Shown here piece after piece: positions 12,201 through 25,382 of a DNA stretch of 64,000 nucleotides. Location: positions 18,600,001 to 18,664,000 of the forward strand of contig CM119374.1 of assembly GCA_051294905.1 (NCBI GenBank), in the 5' to 3' direction. Each line of letters opens with the position of its first letter. The first letter of the stretch is position 1. The position numbers and the translations under genes were made by a program. Under the pieces are notes generated by a model. The model was not told the origin of the DNA. It did not search any database and worked only from the letters and a program-made list of their open reading frames with translations. This stretch comes from Botryllus schlosseri. Lineage: Eukaryota.

Positions 12201-15200
12201 TCAAGAGTTGACGGCGTTCTCCGGCGTACTTCGAGCTGGGTCTGTGAAACAGAAACGTTGAAATGAAACTTGTTAGGGTTCGATACACAGAGCAGAAGAG
12301 CCGGTGATGAAAAACACGGTTTGACAAGTTGGTAAATAGTGTAGGAATAGAGATTTTTAAAAAATGGTGTCAAGCTCATCAGTCAACAGCTATCATTTTT
12401 ATTGTTGGATAGACACAAGATATCATATTAACTAAATATTGAGCATAGCTGTTCATAAGCACACGCAGAAGTAATGCTGTAAATATCTACTGATTTTCGA
12501 GTATCAGTACCAATTTCCGAGCCATGCCATAACTACTTCAAGTAAATGTAGGAAATGAATGTGCCGAACATTCGTCAGTAGCTTAAAAATGTAGTTTCGA
12601 TCAAGAATTTGTATACTTTAAGCAGTCGATCAGAGGTGGACTGTATTGGAAACCGAAACTAAATGAAAATGTCTATAACGACACTACAAAATATTGCAAT
12701 TTTGGAAAATGCATTCAGTCACCATATCACTGGGACTATTTTTAATTACTTCACTCAATAAAGTGAAGCAAATCTACCAACCTACCAAAAACTATAATCC
12801 TCATTGCAAAAACCAAAGTGTGAATACTAAGTAGTTTTGCATCGTTAACTGTCGAAACATCATTAGTAAGGAATGGAAGTTAACGAGACGTACTCAAGTA
12901 CTGGGAAAAGAGTAGAAGTAGTTTACTTCCTTATTGATAACCCTCTACTCACAAAACCAACCAAATCACGGAGTGTTCGAAGTTCCACGAGTAATTTCAA
13001 CTACCAGTGGTACATCAAAAGGCACTTGATGTATCACTACGATTCCTACCTACCTATTTGCTTGAAGTTATCACCATATACGGCGGCAGCCACTACTCCA
13101 ATTACGCATACGGCAGGAATCACCCAGCCCATCACGTATACGAAGAATTGCACACAGAGATTACAATGGCAGCTGTAAAATTATATGCAAAAGGTAATTG
13201 TGAAGGCAGTCATAATATCACACCAAATCTGTATAGTTCGATTCCAATCAACTCGCAAAGAAGTTCTCTCATTTGGGAATATTTCATACAAAGAAAGATG
13301 AAGGGGGATCGAATACATTCCAAGACGAGTCTAGGAGATTCTGGTTACATACATAGCATGGAACCATAGTTTATCAAATGAATTTTCTGATTGGTGTTAG
13401 AGATATGAATTTAGCATTTTAGAAAAACGACATTCACAGTCCATCAGACCAACGAAGCTGCTAGGGCTCCAGAACGATGGCAGAACCAGCATAAAATTGG
13501 GTCAGGAATCATTTGATTATGTCAAAATTACTAGCTTCATGCAAATATCTTTCAAACAAAGAATTATTATCGAAATATTGGGCTCCACACTATCACACAT
13601 ATACATGATTTTCAGATTGACACGTCACACAGAGTCAACACGTAACCTGACCAGGACCTTTTCTTGTACATAGAATCCACATTATCATGAAAAAAATGGC
13701 GATAACCATGCAAGAGCTGATACCGCAGCCCACGACGAATTTGAAGAAGCCTGCACATTTATTGCAGTAACAGCTGTAATAGACGTATCATTTAAGCTGG
13801 TGCCTCCGTAACAGGAATTCCACTATTGTTGGCTGTGGGTAAATATTGCGGCTGATATTGAATTGGAGCCACAAATAACTGTTGCATGTGATGTTAAACA
13901 ATCACAAAGTATCATTTGGAACAACAGCACTTACGCAACCATTACCGGGTAATAAAAGACTTAACTCTGATACAGTCACGGAGTCGCTAAAACATTTCCG
14001 ACAAGTGAGTTGTAAAACGCTATATGATAGAGAATCGTGTTTAACTGCGGGGCAAGACCATTCACTTCATCAAAGTCCCATTCATGACAGGAATTCTGAG
14101 AACCACAATATTAGGCTCAGGAATTCATGCAATCGAAATCTGGACTCGGAAAATCCAAGTCTCTGATGTATCTGACTGCAAAAATATATATTCAGCAAAC
14201 AACACTGTCTAATTCATTTTTAAAGAATGTGTCTTCAATGGAGACAGTCAAATCTAAGCACCAAAACAAAAAGTGTTTCCATTGGCAATGGCAGGTATTG
14301 AAACTGAACTTTTACTGGTCAGCCTCCATTCGTAATCGAACATACAGGTACGGTACATACGAATCTAGCATCAGCATAAAATGTATACTTACACACAAGG
14401 GTTCAGATTCTGGATAACTGCGATTGCAATGCCGTTCGACACTTTATCCGTGAGGCTCATCGAGCCATACACGAAGGCACCAGTCTCCTTAACAGAAAGA
14501 CCCACTGGTAAACTGGCCGTGAATTGGGGAAGATTCAGAGGTTTTTTCTTGTAGAATGACTCAAATCATGATGAATAAAATAAATGTCTGGTTTTGACTT
14601 CACTGAAGATTGAACCAAAAATTTCGATGTGCAGACATGTAGTCTACCGCCTGATGTATAGTCAGTAGTCACAGAAACAACGAGGGACAGACGGGACAGC
14701 TTAAATTCAGAACGGAAGTTGTCAATTTCTGACAAGAAGATTAATCTCATGGACAAACTCTGACAAAATTTACTAGGTTTAATTTCAACAAATTTTTTAT
14801 TTATGATCTGCCGATAATAATCGACTTTCAAACAGATCCAATTTCATAAATGTTTTTAAAAACATTTTCTCTTTGCTTTATGTGGAAGTGGAGGTTAGAA
14901 ATACACAAATAACGACATTATTCAATAGTGCCAGAGTACACAAGAATAAATTCGAACTTCGTCCCATGATATGAGATTTGTGAAGCCTCAAATGTTGCTC
15001 CCACCATATTGGTTCATATCTAATCTTCTCTCTCTACAGGTTTAAATATAAAATAGAGGTAGTGGCATCCGACATGCCAGAGGTAGCAATATGAGGCTAT
15101 GTCAAGGCCGTGGAGTTTGGTATGGCTCAAATCGTGATAACAAATACCATACACAAGAATTTCATCAGAATCATTAACAACACCGGCACGTATATTGTAG

Positions 15201-18200
15201 TGTAGCTTGATAGTATCAATACATTGGATGAAGCAAATTCATTCCTAAACTCGATATGAAAGCAGATGGCGTAAACATGTGGTCAGCAACCTGTGACCCA
15301 CAAAAAAAGATGAATATTTGTGTTTTTGAAGAGCGGCAGGCTATGCAAAAAAAATCATTTTGAAACCGTTTCGCAGAGCAATAACGACGCCTGATTTACA
15401 TAACATATATCAGGGGTGGGCAGACCTGCTTCATGTGCGAGCCACATATCAAAAATCTTACCTTTAAAAGAGCCACAACACAAAAATACGAATTTATGAC
15501 GTCACGATGGAGTGTAGGCTATCGAATGAAGTTTATTATTGTGTGGTGATATGGTGCGTCTCCACCTAAGCTGCAAGGTGTTTGAAATCGATCGTGACCT
15601 GCGCTGGTGTAATCAATTATCAAGTTCATTGTTGAACACAATGATTTGTCATTGATTGATGACCAGGCATCTATTGTTGCTGGTGAAACGTTTATGTAAG
15701 CTCGATTCGAGAGTTCAATTGCGAATTTCCAACCCTGTAGTGCCACCTACCCCTAAATCTTACAAGTCTTGCGTAAACCATAAGGAAAGAAACAACACGA
15801 AAATAATATGCATATTGTTAATATGCGATAAAATGCATCAATTTATTGTCACGATAAACCTGTCTAACAAAATGATGAAACACATTTGGAATCATTAAAG
15901 AGTCGCAGTCAAAGGTGGAAAGAGTCGCAGTTTGCCCACGCCTGACACATATTGTAGTACAGCACGGTAACAATACATTAGTGATTGGAATCATTCCTCA
16001 ACTTGATTTGAAATATCTGTATTCTTATTAGACGGCTTAAATAACAAAAAGCGGCAACCTCCCGGTACCAAGTTTCAGACAGGAAAAACATACCAAGCAT
16101 TACTTACAGTGTTATCACCGACCATCTCAGACAGCATCGAAAGGCACATGACCAGTATGATGGTGGTTCCCAAGCCCAACAGTATCGCCAGGAAGTAGAT
16201 GCTAATCTCACTGGTCGCATCGTTTTCGGTCAGGAAATGAGACCACGTGCAAGAGGCTAGCACGAGAACGCCGCCGATCACGTAAATAAACTGCAAATGA
16301 TGTAATGAGTCAATACAGTTCAAGACAACATTCTATTTTCGGTCTGGTGCCAAATCCATTTACAGTGACATGACAAATGCCGCAACACAAATCACATGGG
16401 CGAACTTTATAGTAGGCCGGCAGATCAGGTTTCAAATTTTCTTTCAACCGCAGGGTTCATCAGGTGACTGATAGCCGAGTACAATGCTGTTGCGGGAAAA
16501 AATACGCAGAACGGAATCTGTGACTCAATCACATGTTCAAGTCAAAATAGGTGGGGAAATGCAAGGTTAGCGTATCTAGTTGCACCTAGCACCATGCCGC
16601 TTGATCATGGGATATTTTGATAATTGCAAATTCATGCTCTCTCTAACATGACACAGCATCATTTACAATTCAACTTGGTGGTTACAGGTTAGTGAATGAC
16701 TGCAGCGTGATGGATTTGTAAATAAAATCTATAAAATTGATTTTACTTCACAAGTACTGGTCAGAGATTGTATTCAAGCTATCTAGTGACACTACTGCTA
16801 CATATTTTGCCAATTTACACCAGCTTTACAATATATTTGTGAGCAAATAATATGGCCGATGTTGGGCGATACTTTCAAGGATTGCTGTGGACTAAAGAGG
16901 AGACAGTTTCAAAGAAGAAATGATAACACCAGCAAAGATTTAGCAAGAGGAAAAATGGCGCTGCTAAAATCAGAATTACAGCCCGACCAATGTATCAGGC
17001 CGATACGTTTATCTATAAAATTATTGCTCTCGGCCAATTCCAGTCGCTATTCATCAACCTGTACAGTGGTACAAGAACATCATCACTCTTGCAATTCTTC
17101 CACGTGACTGTTAGATTGATTTACGAGGACCATAGCGTCCATTGCTTGGTGAAAATGCTAAAAAGTTATGTTTCCTGAACTACAATATGCGTCTGTTGAA
17201 CTACACATACTAATTACTTACGAACCTAAAGCAGTGTAGCAAATGAATAAAGTTTATGTGAAATATAACTTCAAATTACAGCCACTAACTACAAGTTCAG
17301 TTGAAATATATCATATTTTCATATCAACAGAATATACGGACATTATTAGCAGAAATATGTTGTATGGGGGGCATTGGTCGGACTCAAGGGGCTTACTTTA
17401 ATGCAATTACTCATTTACATCACATACTTTGTTCATGAAACTCAAAACCCTTGAAATACAGTACATGTGTATTGTGCACAAGGGAACTTTAAGGTCATAT
17501 TCATTTAATTTTGATCAATTTCAATCTTACTATGTATCAATAGTTTGTGCAAACTCTCAAATTTGGAGTCAGAACCGATGTAGGCCCGACGCATTACCTT
17601 ACTTGCTGGCAGCTGCAGCAACACAAACCACGTTGCCCAAACATTACCTACCTCATTCCTCAACACTTTTGTCAGAGGTCTTGTCACAATCGTCGCACAA
17701 AAGCCTGACACAAAGACTATCAGCGGAATAATCGCGATATACTGCTTGTCAAGTTTCAATGTGTCAGTCAGGTACATCGGCAAGTACACTTGCGACAGAT
17801 TCACCACCAATCGTGTGCACATATACAGCAAGCCCATCTGAAAGAGTGACGAGTTGTCATGAGCAACTGACACTCGGCAGGAAATAGAATACTTCTTGGT
17901 ATACGTATTCATTGCAGCATTTGAAATATGCCAATTGTCTAGTGAGAAAATAACTCATTAAAGGAAATGCATACATCAATTTCACTTTATCGGTGAGCCT
18001 TACCATTATTATTATAATCATATATCCTTGCTGCGTATTAGCATTGATATTGTTTGAAAAAGTCGGTGCTTAACCAGCTTACACAGCAATAATTGGTTCA
18101 CGTGTGTCACATCAAAATGGAATGCATCCGGTACTGAAGGTTATTATTATGCTGCATGGGACTGTCACAAGTTTACGATGCCAAACATCACATGCTGCCC

Positions 18201-21200
18201 TGTGAGCATCAGGAGTAAACAGTGCACAGCAAACACTTCGCAGTCCTATCCTTAATCTGCATTATGGTAGTCTTACTACAGAGCTTCGTAAATAATGGAC
18301 ATTTTGACACACAGACAAGGTATTTGAAGGAAGCCTACTCACGATTCCCAAATCTAGAGTACAAGCCAAAACGGGAAGACAATGTGGATGAGAAAATACA
18401 ATGTCAAGTTTCAGTTAACACTAGGCAATGGAGGTTATTTACTGCTTCATTCTTTCTAACTTTTCCGTACGGACAGCACAATCTTAGTGTAGATGTACTA
18501 GCACTAATATCTCACTTTCATATCAAAACCAATGTAAAAGGTCATGTCCATATCATGACACTTCACATCACCGCAGGGTACGAAACTTGAGACCAACAGA
18601 TAATTACTAGTTACTATGCCTATCAAGATTTGACTAAAAACACAGGGTACCAAGAAATTACAATCATTCAATATCGAGTTTCGTATTGAACACGAAAACT
18701 ATCTATGACTAAAAACGGCATTACTTCCGTAAACACAAGCAATAATAGCCCTACTATATCAAGCGAAAATGAGTAAACGGGCCACATAATATAAATGAAA
18801 ATTTCACCTGGTAAAACTCTTTCTTTCGAAACCAATCAGACGATTTCATCAGCCTTACTTCGCAAATAACTTCTAAAATACAACACAACACTATTAAATG
18901 AAGACAGAGCGGACGAGAAAGAGCATATTTTGGTGGTGACATATTGGTACAAACGAGTTCAGCACACCAAAACAGAACCACAAAAATCCACTCAATCGGT
19001 TATGACACCACAAAACAATCAATAAAAATTATGTAAAATATTGTCAGCCAAACAATCTTCGTTACAGTATACAAACTTTGATCTCATCATGATTTGATGG
19101 ATGAGGAATTTGATTCGACTTTAGAAGTAGAAGTAGCGATTACCAAGGTATATCAAAACTAAATTTGAGTCGCAGTACAAAATGAGAGGTGCCCAAGACA
19201 GTAGTTTCAGAACGTAGACGTCAAGACTTCGAATATTATTAGTATGACTTGCGAACTTGAAAGATTCTTCATAGTCGGTAACACAAAGTGACTTGAATGA
19301 CAATGTAAATGGGCGCACTTTTCTAAAGTATATACAGTTGCCAAGACACAGGGGGTGTTTCAGTCGGTCATCGTGACAATTGCACTAAGAAATAAAAACC
19401 TATTCGCTTTACAAAAGCAACATGAAAAAATTCAAGTAGGCCTAATCTTGTTTTAAAGACTGTTATGTAGAAGTGATCGCAGTCTAAAAACATGTACACT
19501 TGATTAAGTGGTGCAAGAAGGAAATTATGGTAGCCGAATATAATACTCCGAAAAAGCATAAGTATTTCATCACTGACGACCTCTGCAATTACCTGATGCC
19601 GATGATGCCACGCTTTCCGATCCGAGCAGACGCGTCTTTTCGTCAGGGACATCGACTACGGCGGTGACAGAATCATTCCGTTCCGAGTCTCCACGCTGCA
19701 GCCCTGAGTGACTGTCCACAAACCTTTGCTCGATCTCATGTTCCTTGACGCCGAAATGGAACATCGCGGAAAACACAGCGCCCGTTGCCACCACGATTAA
19801 AGCGATGTCCTGAAATTTGATGAACTTATAGGCTGTGGAAGCCGCTTCATGTTTTTCAACAAATGTGGCAGGCTACGAAACTGTGACGTGATATATGTAG
19901 GCCTGGGCGCAGGCTTAATATCTTAGGACACTTAGGCCATGGTTGAGTGATGTGTAGAAATTTAATTACCTCCCCCACTGTCACTTATTTGCCTGACCTC
20001 CTGACAACAGTAGCGTGGTTCAAAGTTAACAGCATGCAAAATACGACAAAGGTAACAGTATTCGTCAATGGAGATAGATTTCATCATATAAATATGTCTC
20101 TCTGGGATTTGTGTTCGTCTCAGACCTCAAGACTACGAAATCTAATATCTACATGGAAATTACGCATCCGACTAACTTCGGAAGTCACATTTCGTCACAG
20201 GTATTGTACTGTATTCTTATTATCCTTGAATCAGAGTAGGTTTCCTGATATGTGAAAAAAGTTTGGGGGAATGACCTTGAGATCAAGGCACATCGAACCA
20301 TATTCAGGATACCACACTAATATGCTACTATGCTCACTATAACTTATGCTACTGCATATCAATATTAAATTATACGACTTCACCTTCAAAAGTATGAAAC
20401 GAAAGTACAAAATCTACAAATGGTTGGGATGAGAAGGTTACTGGCGTGTACCTACAAACCGATACCACAAGAGGACCAGTCTATATACAAGCAACTAATC
20501 AGAATTTCAGACCGTGATCAATTCGAAGACGCAAGTCTCTGCGTGCTCACCCGGAACTCTGTCAAATCGTTTTCCGATAGTTGTTGAGCATCTTCTCCGC
20601 TAAATTTGAACACCAAAAACGTCGTGACGTACACCAAGATGTTGCTCAAAACAGTGAAGGCGTATCTGAAAGTATAGAACACTCAATTTCAATCTAGTAG
20701 GCTTAATCATATTTTCATTCATTGCGCTTCGCACAAATTAGTGGACAAGAGAGCATACGCAAGAAAATGGGTAACACAAGAAGTCGATTCACACGGGATA
20801 TAATATGAGATTTAGAATACGCTACATCAGAAGTATAATAAAAAATGCTGGAGAATCTGATAGATTGTTATTTTCATGGAAGTTCCCTTCGATTAAGCTT
20901 CAGTAATTGTTAAGATGAGGGAAGCAGTGCTGAGCATTCACAAGAATACTTGTTAAGCAATGCTTACAGGATACAAGGGTAGCCTATTACATCCCCCAAT
21001 GAAAATATGGAGCGAAAACAAGCTTCACATGATCAAATACACCGATAAGCAACGGACTTCAACTAGAGATGGGTAAAGTAAACACTCATCAAACCTTATT
21101 GAATTGAGATTGACTTTTTCCGCGCGATTTCTTGCCAATTCCGGGATCAGAGCTAGATGATTGATTTGCGTGGCGGCCCAGCCGCATTGAAATATGACTA

Positions 21201-22026
21201 CTAACGGCACGTAATAAATAAACTGCGCATACTCTGGAGTGTCTTTATTGCAACCGATACATCGCATGAACAGTGACGGGAAAGATAAAGCGACGGCTAT
21301 TGTTCCTGGAAAAATAAGAAATTTATGCAGAAATGACGAATATTTAGGATACATCCGATTCAAAGTTGGATGTCACTTTCGGCATTTGTTCGGTATGCCT
21401 GCCTGTTCGGGTTTCGAATACCGGTATCAACCCTCATAGGGCTAGAGCCGTGACACCAATTTCTGTCCAGAGAGCTGACATCTTTAACTGCCGGGTTAAC
21501 GTCTCCTACATTGCTTTAATCTCTGTGGGAGTTGGCCTATAGGAAGAGCTCATCGATTCACCTTATATAACAGGTGAGCAGTGATGATTCTCCAAGTTTA
21601 AGTAATTTAATGAAAAATAATAAAAAATGAAGCATTGTGTGAGCACAGGACACCGATTCCATACAGGTCGATTCATAATTCAACAAATATTTCAAAAGCC
21701 TACCTAATAAATGCCATGATTTCCTCCGTCCATAGCCGCATATATTTCCTCTCCTATCTGATTCATAGCCAACAAGTGGTGTGGCGATGCCGTCTGCTAT
21801 TTGTCCGACAAGAAGAACATAGCCTGCTGTTGCGTTAGAAAAATCCAAAACCTTGAAGTGAAAAACAGAATTTATTCGATTATAGTGTTACTCCATGGCT
21901 AAAATATAAACTGCACAGTACCTTATGAAAAAATAAGAGAAGGTAACTAAACCACATCGACGCACATAAATCATTGAGAACATGACCCACGCCGTACGAG
22001 AATCTCGTCGAAAACGAAAGAGTCAT
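12201..22026 (-). CDS. MFSD12: MFSD12-like major facilitator superfamily transporter, 11-exon CDS (~493-494 aa) with two alternative copies of exon 10
   Basis: Exons 22026-21922, 21851-21704, 21305-21095, 20665-20551, 19809-19593, 18872-18808, 17837-17652, 16290-16108, 14487-14393, [13773-13658 or 13172-13054], 12241-12201. All GT-AG and phase-consistent (1485 nt using 10b). Motifs [74 protein letters not shown] and [17 protein letters not shown] match MFSD12. The final 41-nt exon is less certain. Confidence 0.92.
13054..13172 (-). CDS. MFSD12: MFSD12 alternative exon 10b (last TM helix, version B)
   Basis: Acceptor ataattttacag|C; encodes (V)[39 protein letters not shown]; donor G|gtaggt. 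Confidence 0.8.
13658..13773 (-). CDS. MFSD12: MFSD12 alternative exon 10a (last TM helix, version A)
   Basis: Acceptor gtctattacag|C; encodes (V)[38 protein letters not shown]. The donor (G|gtcctg) is weak; read-through gives GPGQVTC* with the stop at 13635. Confidence 0.75.
15411..15944. mobile_element. hAT-type MITE
   Basis: TIRs CAGGGGTGGGCAGAC / CAGGCGTGGGCAAAC; near-perfect 8-bp TSD acatatat / acacatat. Confidence 0.75.
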
Positions 22027-22360
22027 GGCGCAGTCAACTCAAAAACTGATCCAAATTAGGCATCTAAATAGAACTATATATCTATATCTGAAATAGCATG
22101 GTCCATTTACAGTTGATCCCAGCACATGATATAAGAGGGCGGCGTGAAAATATTGTTTACGTAACCAAATGCAATGTTACATCACTCCGCGACCGGCATG
22201 GACTGACTGAAGACTGACTTGAGCGCTCGGGGCATCAGCTGATTAGCGCTGTGACCATAACAAACTCCGTCCACGAGAGGTCGTGGTAATATAAATTATA
22301 TCATAGTTCAGGACACTATGATTATATTTACATCTTGGTAATCGAGTTGGAGTGAGTTAA

Positions 22361-22493
22361 GAGAGAGAGAGAGAGATGGTATTCTTTTTCGCCTGCACCA
22401 TCGAGATGCTTTGACGACGGAGTTGCGATACGGCCCCATGAGGTCATCTAGTCTGCGCCCCCGTTTTTTTTCTCCTCCATGCTATCCGTGATT
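22361..22493 (-). mobile_element. 5'-truncated copy of the SINE at 27522-27790
   Basis: Near-identical reverse complement of ~27651-27790, including the (GA)n/(CT)n tail. Confidence 0.85.
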
Positions 22494-22832
22494 ACCACTG
22501 AGCTATATAAACAATAACCTCAAAATTGCTATACAATAGAAAGAAACGGCTTCGTGAAGCCAATCCATCAAGTCCTACCTCGGCAGGCAAATATAGTAAG
22601 AAAGAACACCTTCAATGCGACATGATTGTTACACGATTAACAATGTTGTATTTAGTCTTGTATTTAGACTCACGCTCGAGGAGTAACATAAACATACCAC
22701 CACCTTTATTGAACAAGAATCACAATCAAAATGCAATACATTCTGCAGTGATACCATCGTTAGGGGCTCCCGCTGATCATCCAATCAGTTGCATTAGTGG
22801 AGTACAAAAGCCATGTTAAAATAACTTGAAAC

Positions 22833-22854
22833 CATAGCCTTTATAAAGGCTATG
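22833..22854. mobile_element. Ultra-short palindromic element (22 bp) with 8-bp TSD
   Basis: Perfect palindrome CATAGCCTTTATAAAGGCTATG flanked by direct repeats cttgaaac (22825-22832 and 22855-22862). Confidence 0.7.
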
Positions 22855-24443
22855 CTTGAAACTGTCCATCACGTTATGAACCAGTTGAAAGCAAAGTAAA
22901 ATGGTTGCAGACCGAACAGTGGGAAGATAGTTGGAAAAGAATAATAGATAACAGCAACAAAAATTCAACCACTTCACGATGATTGAATGTTTACCTTGCC
23001 ATAATTCAACTTACAAATTCACAGATACCTTTGAAAGATGTTTGAAGAATTCCATTACGCATGAATAGTCATAACCGTGGCAACCCGAAGCCTTCGGGAC
23101 TTCGGGCAAATGGTCGAAGCGCAGGCATAATGTTACAAAAACTGGTGGCGGCATTCCCGTCAAAAAGAGAACGAGGACGCTTCCTAGCAGCACTGTGTAA
23201 TCCCATTTTGTACCGAAACTCTGAGACTGATAGAGAGCATTGTATAGTTGGTCATGGTTAAAAGCTCAAAACCAGTAGGGCACTGTCTAACATTGACATT
23301 TGTGAAATATGTTGTAACTTGACCTACAAGAAATAATTTGGAGTCCCTTGCATGGAACAAGTATCAATATTATATAGTGCTCTGCAAGGGACTCAAAACT
23401 ATTTCTTATAAAGGCCAAGTTAAAAGGCATTGATCTAATTAATGCAAAAACAGCACTACGGTAGTAATTTTGACTCTGATGACTGCAGCCTGTAAGAGCA
23501 GGTACCGATACATACAATGTCATATTTCGGAGAGTAGGCGCAATTGGTTGGTCCACTTTTATCGGCATGATTAGAAACTCGGTATAGCAGTCAAAGTTTC
23601 AACCGCAGGCCTCTACCGAGAAAGGTTAGGCACTTCCCTAAATTTTCCGTCCATCGCCCGAAAGTGCATGGGCATCAATTCCCGTCACAAACCTATTCTG
23701 CACTTTGTTGCTTTCCTTACGCCAAACTCGGCGATTTCATTCCTAACACACCTTCATTTGACAGGCTTCCATCTACTTCTCTAATACAGGTGTCAATGTG
23801 ATCTACTAGTGCTACCGCTTAATCCAAATTTTACCGGAAGGGCTTCTTTGTTGCTAGTTTTGGGTGGTACTTTAGATATTGCGCGCTTCGATCAGTCTCC
23901 TGTATGTTAAGTATTGCTGTACGGATGGCGGAAACATTATTGCAATCTACCGCAACGGCCTCGTCATCTAAAGGTAGATTGCTGTAATCCTGAGTGGAAT
24001 TGGTGGCAACATTACACGCAATTTTCCGATTAACGCAAAACATAAACTTCATGTTGTTAATTGATTCGCTAAAAGCATTTCGACTGACTCTCATCAGTAG
24101 CAAACGTCACGCACATTATATTGCCGAAAACAACCACTGCTTCCTGTCTGGGCTGTAATGAGCTTAGACATACCTCTATGTATTGCTTGCAGGATAAGTA
24201 TTTCGGCTCTGATTGTGTTCCTTTCTTACTTCTTTCGAGTAAGAGGTACGTCAGAAAAGATGATGAGAATTCCAAGTTGAGTACAACTAATGTAATTATT
24301 GTCATTTTGCGTGTTGTTCACTGCAATTAACTTTTACAATTCTACGATCATAAGTTCACCAGATGCAGCCACACCTCATTGGTGGATTGTATACTTAAAT
24401 AGGCTATCTAGTGTAGAGGTCGAACCTGATCAAAACCCACACA

Positions 24444-25382
24444 ATGGCAGGCGGAAAAACGGACATGGAGAGGGTAGGCCTCTTTCAGGAGCAAGGCTAC
24501 ACCACAATTGGTGACCGATACCCAAAAGTGGACCCGGCAAGTCGACCTTTCAACGATGCGGCATACAAGGGCAAGAATATGCTCCCAGGAGGCAGTAAAA
24601 CACGGTCGGCATTGCAATCCGGATATTTTGAACCCCAGTTTAAGCGCATATTGGAGAAGGAAGCCTATTCCGACCCAGTTAAAATACGACGTCAGCAACG
24701 CATTAAGGAATCGAAGAAGAATGTGGGGAAAGCGTTTGTTCCGAATTCCGGTGAAAAAAAGATGGCCGGTCTCGGCAATCATTTTGGCACGTTTTCAGGA
24801 CCGGTCGGTGCGTTCAGCCCTGTTGCAAGGCCGCGCAAGTCGTACACAGCGCCGCCTCGAAATATCACCACGAACCCACCGAAAAAAGGTACTGGATTCG
24901 GCTATCTCGGTGTTACCCTCGGTAAATATCCCGATCACGCAACGGAAAGCTACGACAAAGCCAGAGATTTACGCCGTAAGGAGATTATGGCTCACAAATC
25001 GCAATTGAAAGGAGGCGCTTTTAAACTGCATCTTCACCCGGTGTCATACTTTGATCAGAATCCGTTCAAATCTGACAGGCCGTTGGGTCCGCCGAAAAAA
25101 TCAGCAGGAAAACTACCCGCAGTGAAACCGTTCAAGCCAAGCTCTCCAGCTAAGAAAATCGGGGGCTCTAAATCCGGAACCTTCGACGGATACCCGACGC
25201 ACTCCAACGACGCGTACGTGGTCAAAACTAAGAAACTACCGTCCACGAACAAGGAAGGCAAGATCTTCCATCCGTCGCCAGGTCCCAAATCGAGACCCAT
25301 CAAATCTATTCTCAATCAAAATGTCGTCAGGTCGATACACGCGGATAATTACAAAACCACGCACCAGGTGATGGCGTTTTAA
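24444..25382 (+). CDS. CFAP96: Cilia- and flagella-associated protein 96 (C4orf47/UPF0602), single-exon, 312 aa
   Basis: Uninterrupted ORF matching recalled C4orf47 along its length: GGKTDMERVGLF, RPFNDAAYKGKNMLPGGSK, TNPPKKGTGFGY, GAFKLHLHP, FKPSSPAKK, GTFDGYPTHS, KIFHPSPGPKSRP. Confidence 0.93.
   Translation: MAGGKTDMERVGLFQEQGYTTIGDRYPKVDPASRPFNDAAYKGKNMLPGGSKTRSALQSGYFEPQFKRILEKEAYSDPVKIRRQQRIKESKKNVGKAFVPNSGEKKMAGLGNHFGTFSGPVGAFSPVARPRKSYTAPPRNITTNPPKKGTGFGYLGVTLGKYPDHATESYDKARDLRRKEIMAHKSQLKGGAFKLHLHPVSYFDQNPFKSDRPLGPPKKSAGKLPAVKPFKPSSPAKKIGGSKSGTFDGYPTHSNDAYVVKTKKLPSTNKEGKIFHPSPGPKSRPIKSILNQNVVRSIHADNYKTTHQVMAF

Noticed and set aside
12873-13369. + strand ORFs 12873-13178 and 13007-13369
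   Set aside because: Antisense to MFSD12 exon 10b and adjacent repeat-derived sequence.
23011-24305. Chain of short - strand ORFs between MFSD12 and CFAP96
   Set aside because: They could only be joined through implausibly short introns (21-28 nt) or through stops, and I recognise no domain. Left unannotated.
24508-25315. ORFs 24508-25008 (+) and 25055-25315 (-)
   Set aside because: Off-frame or antisense shadows of CFAP96.
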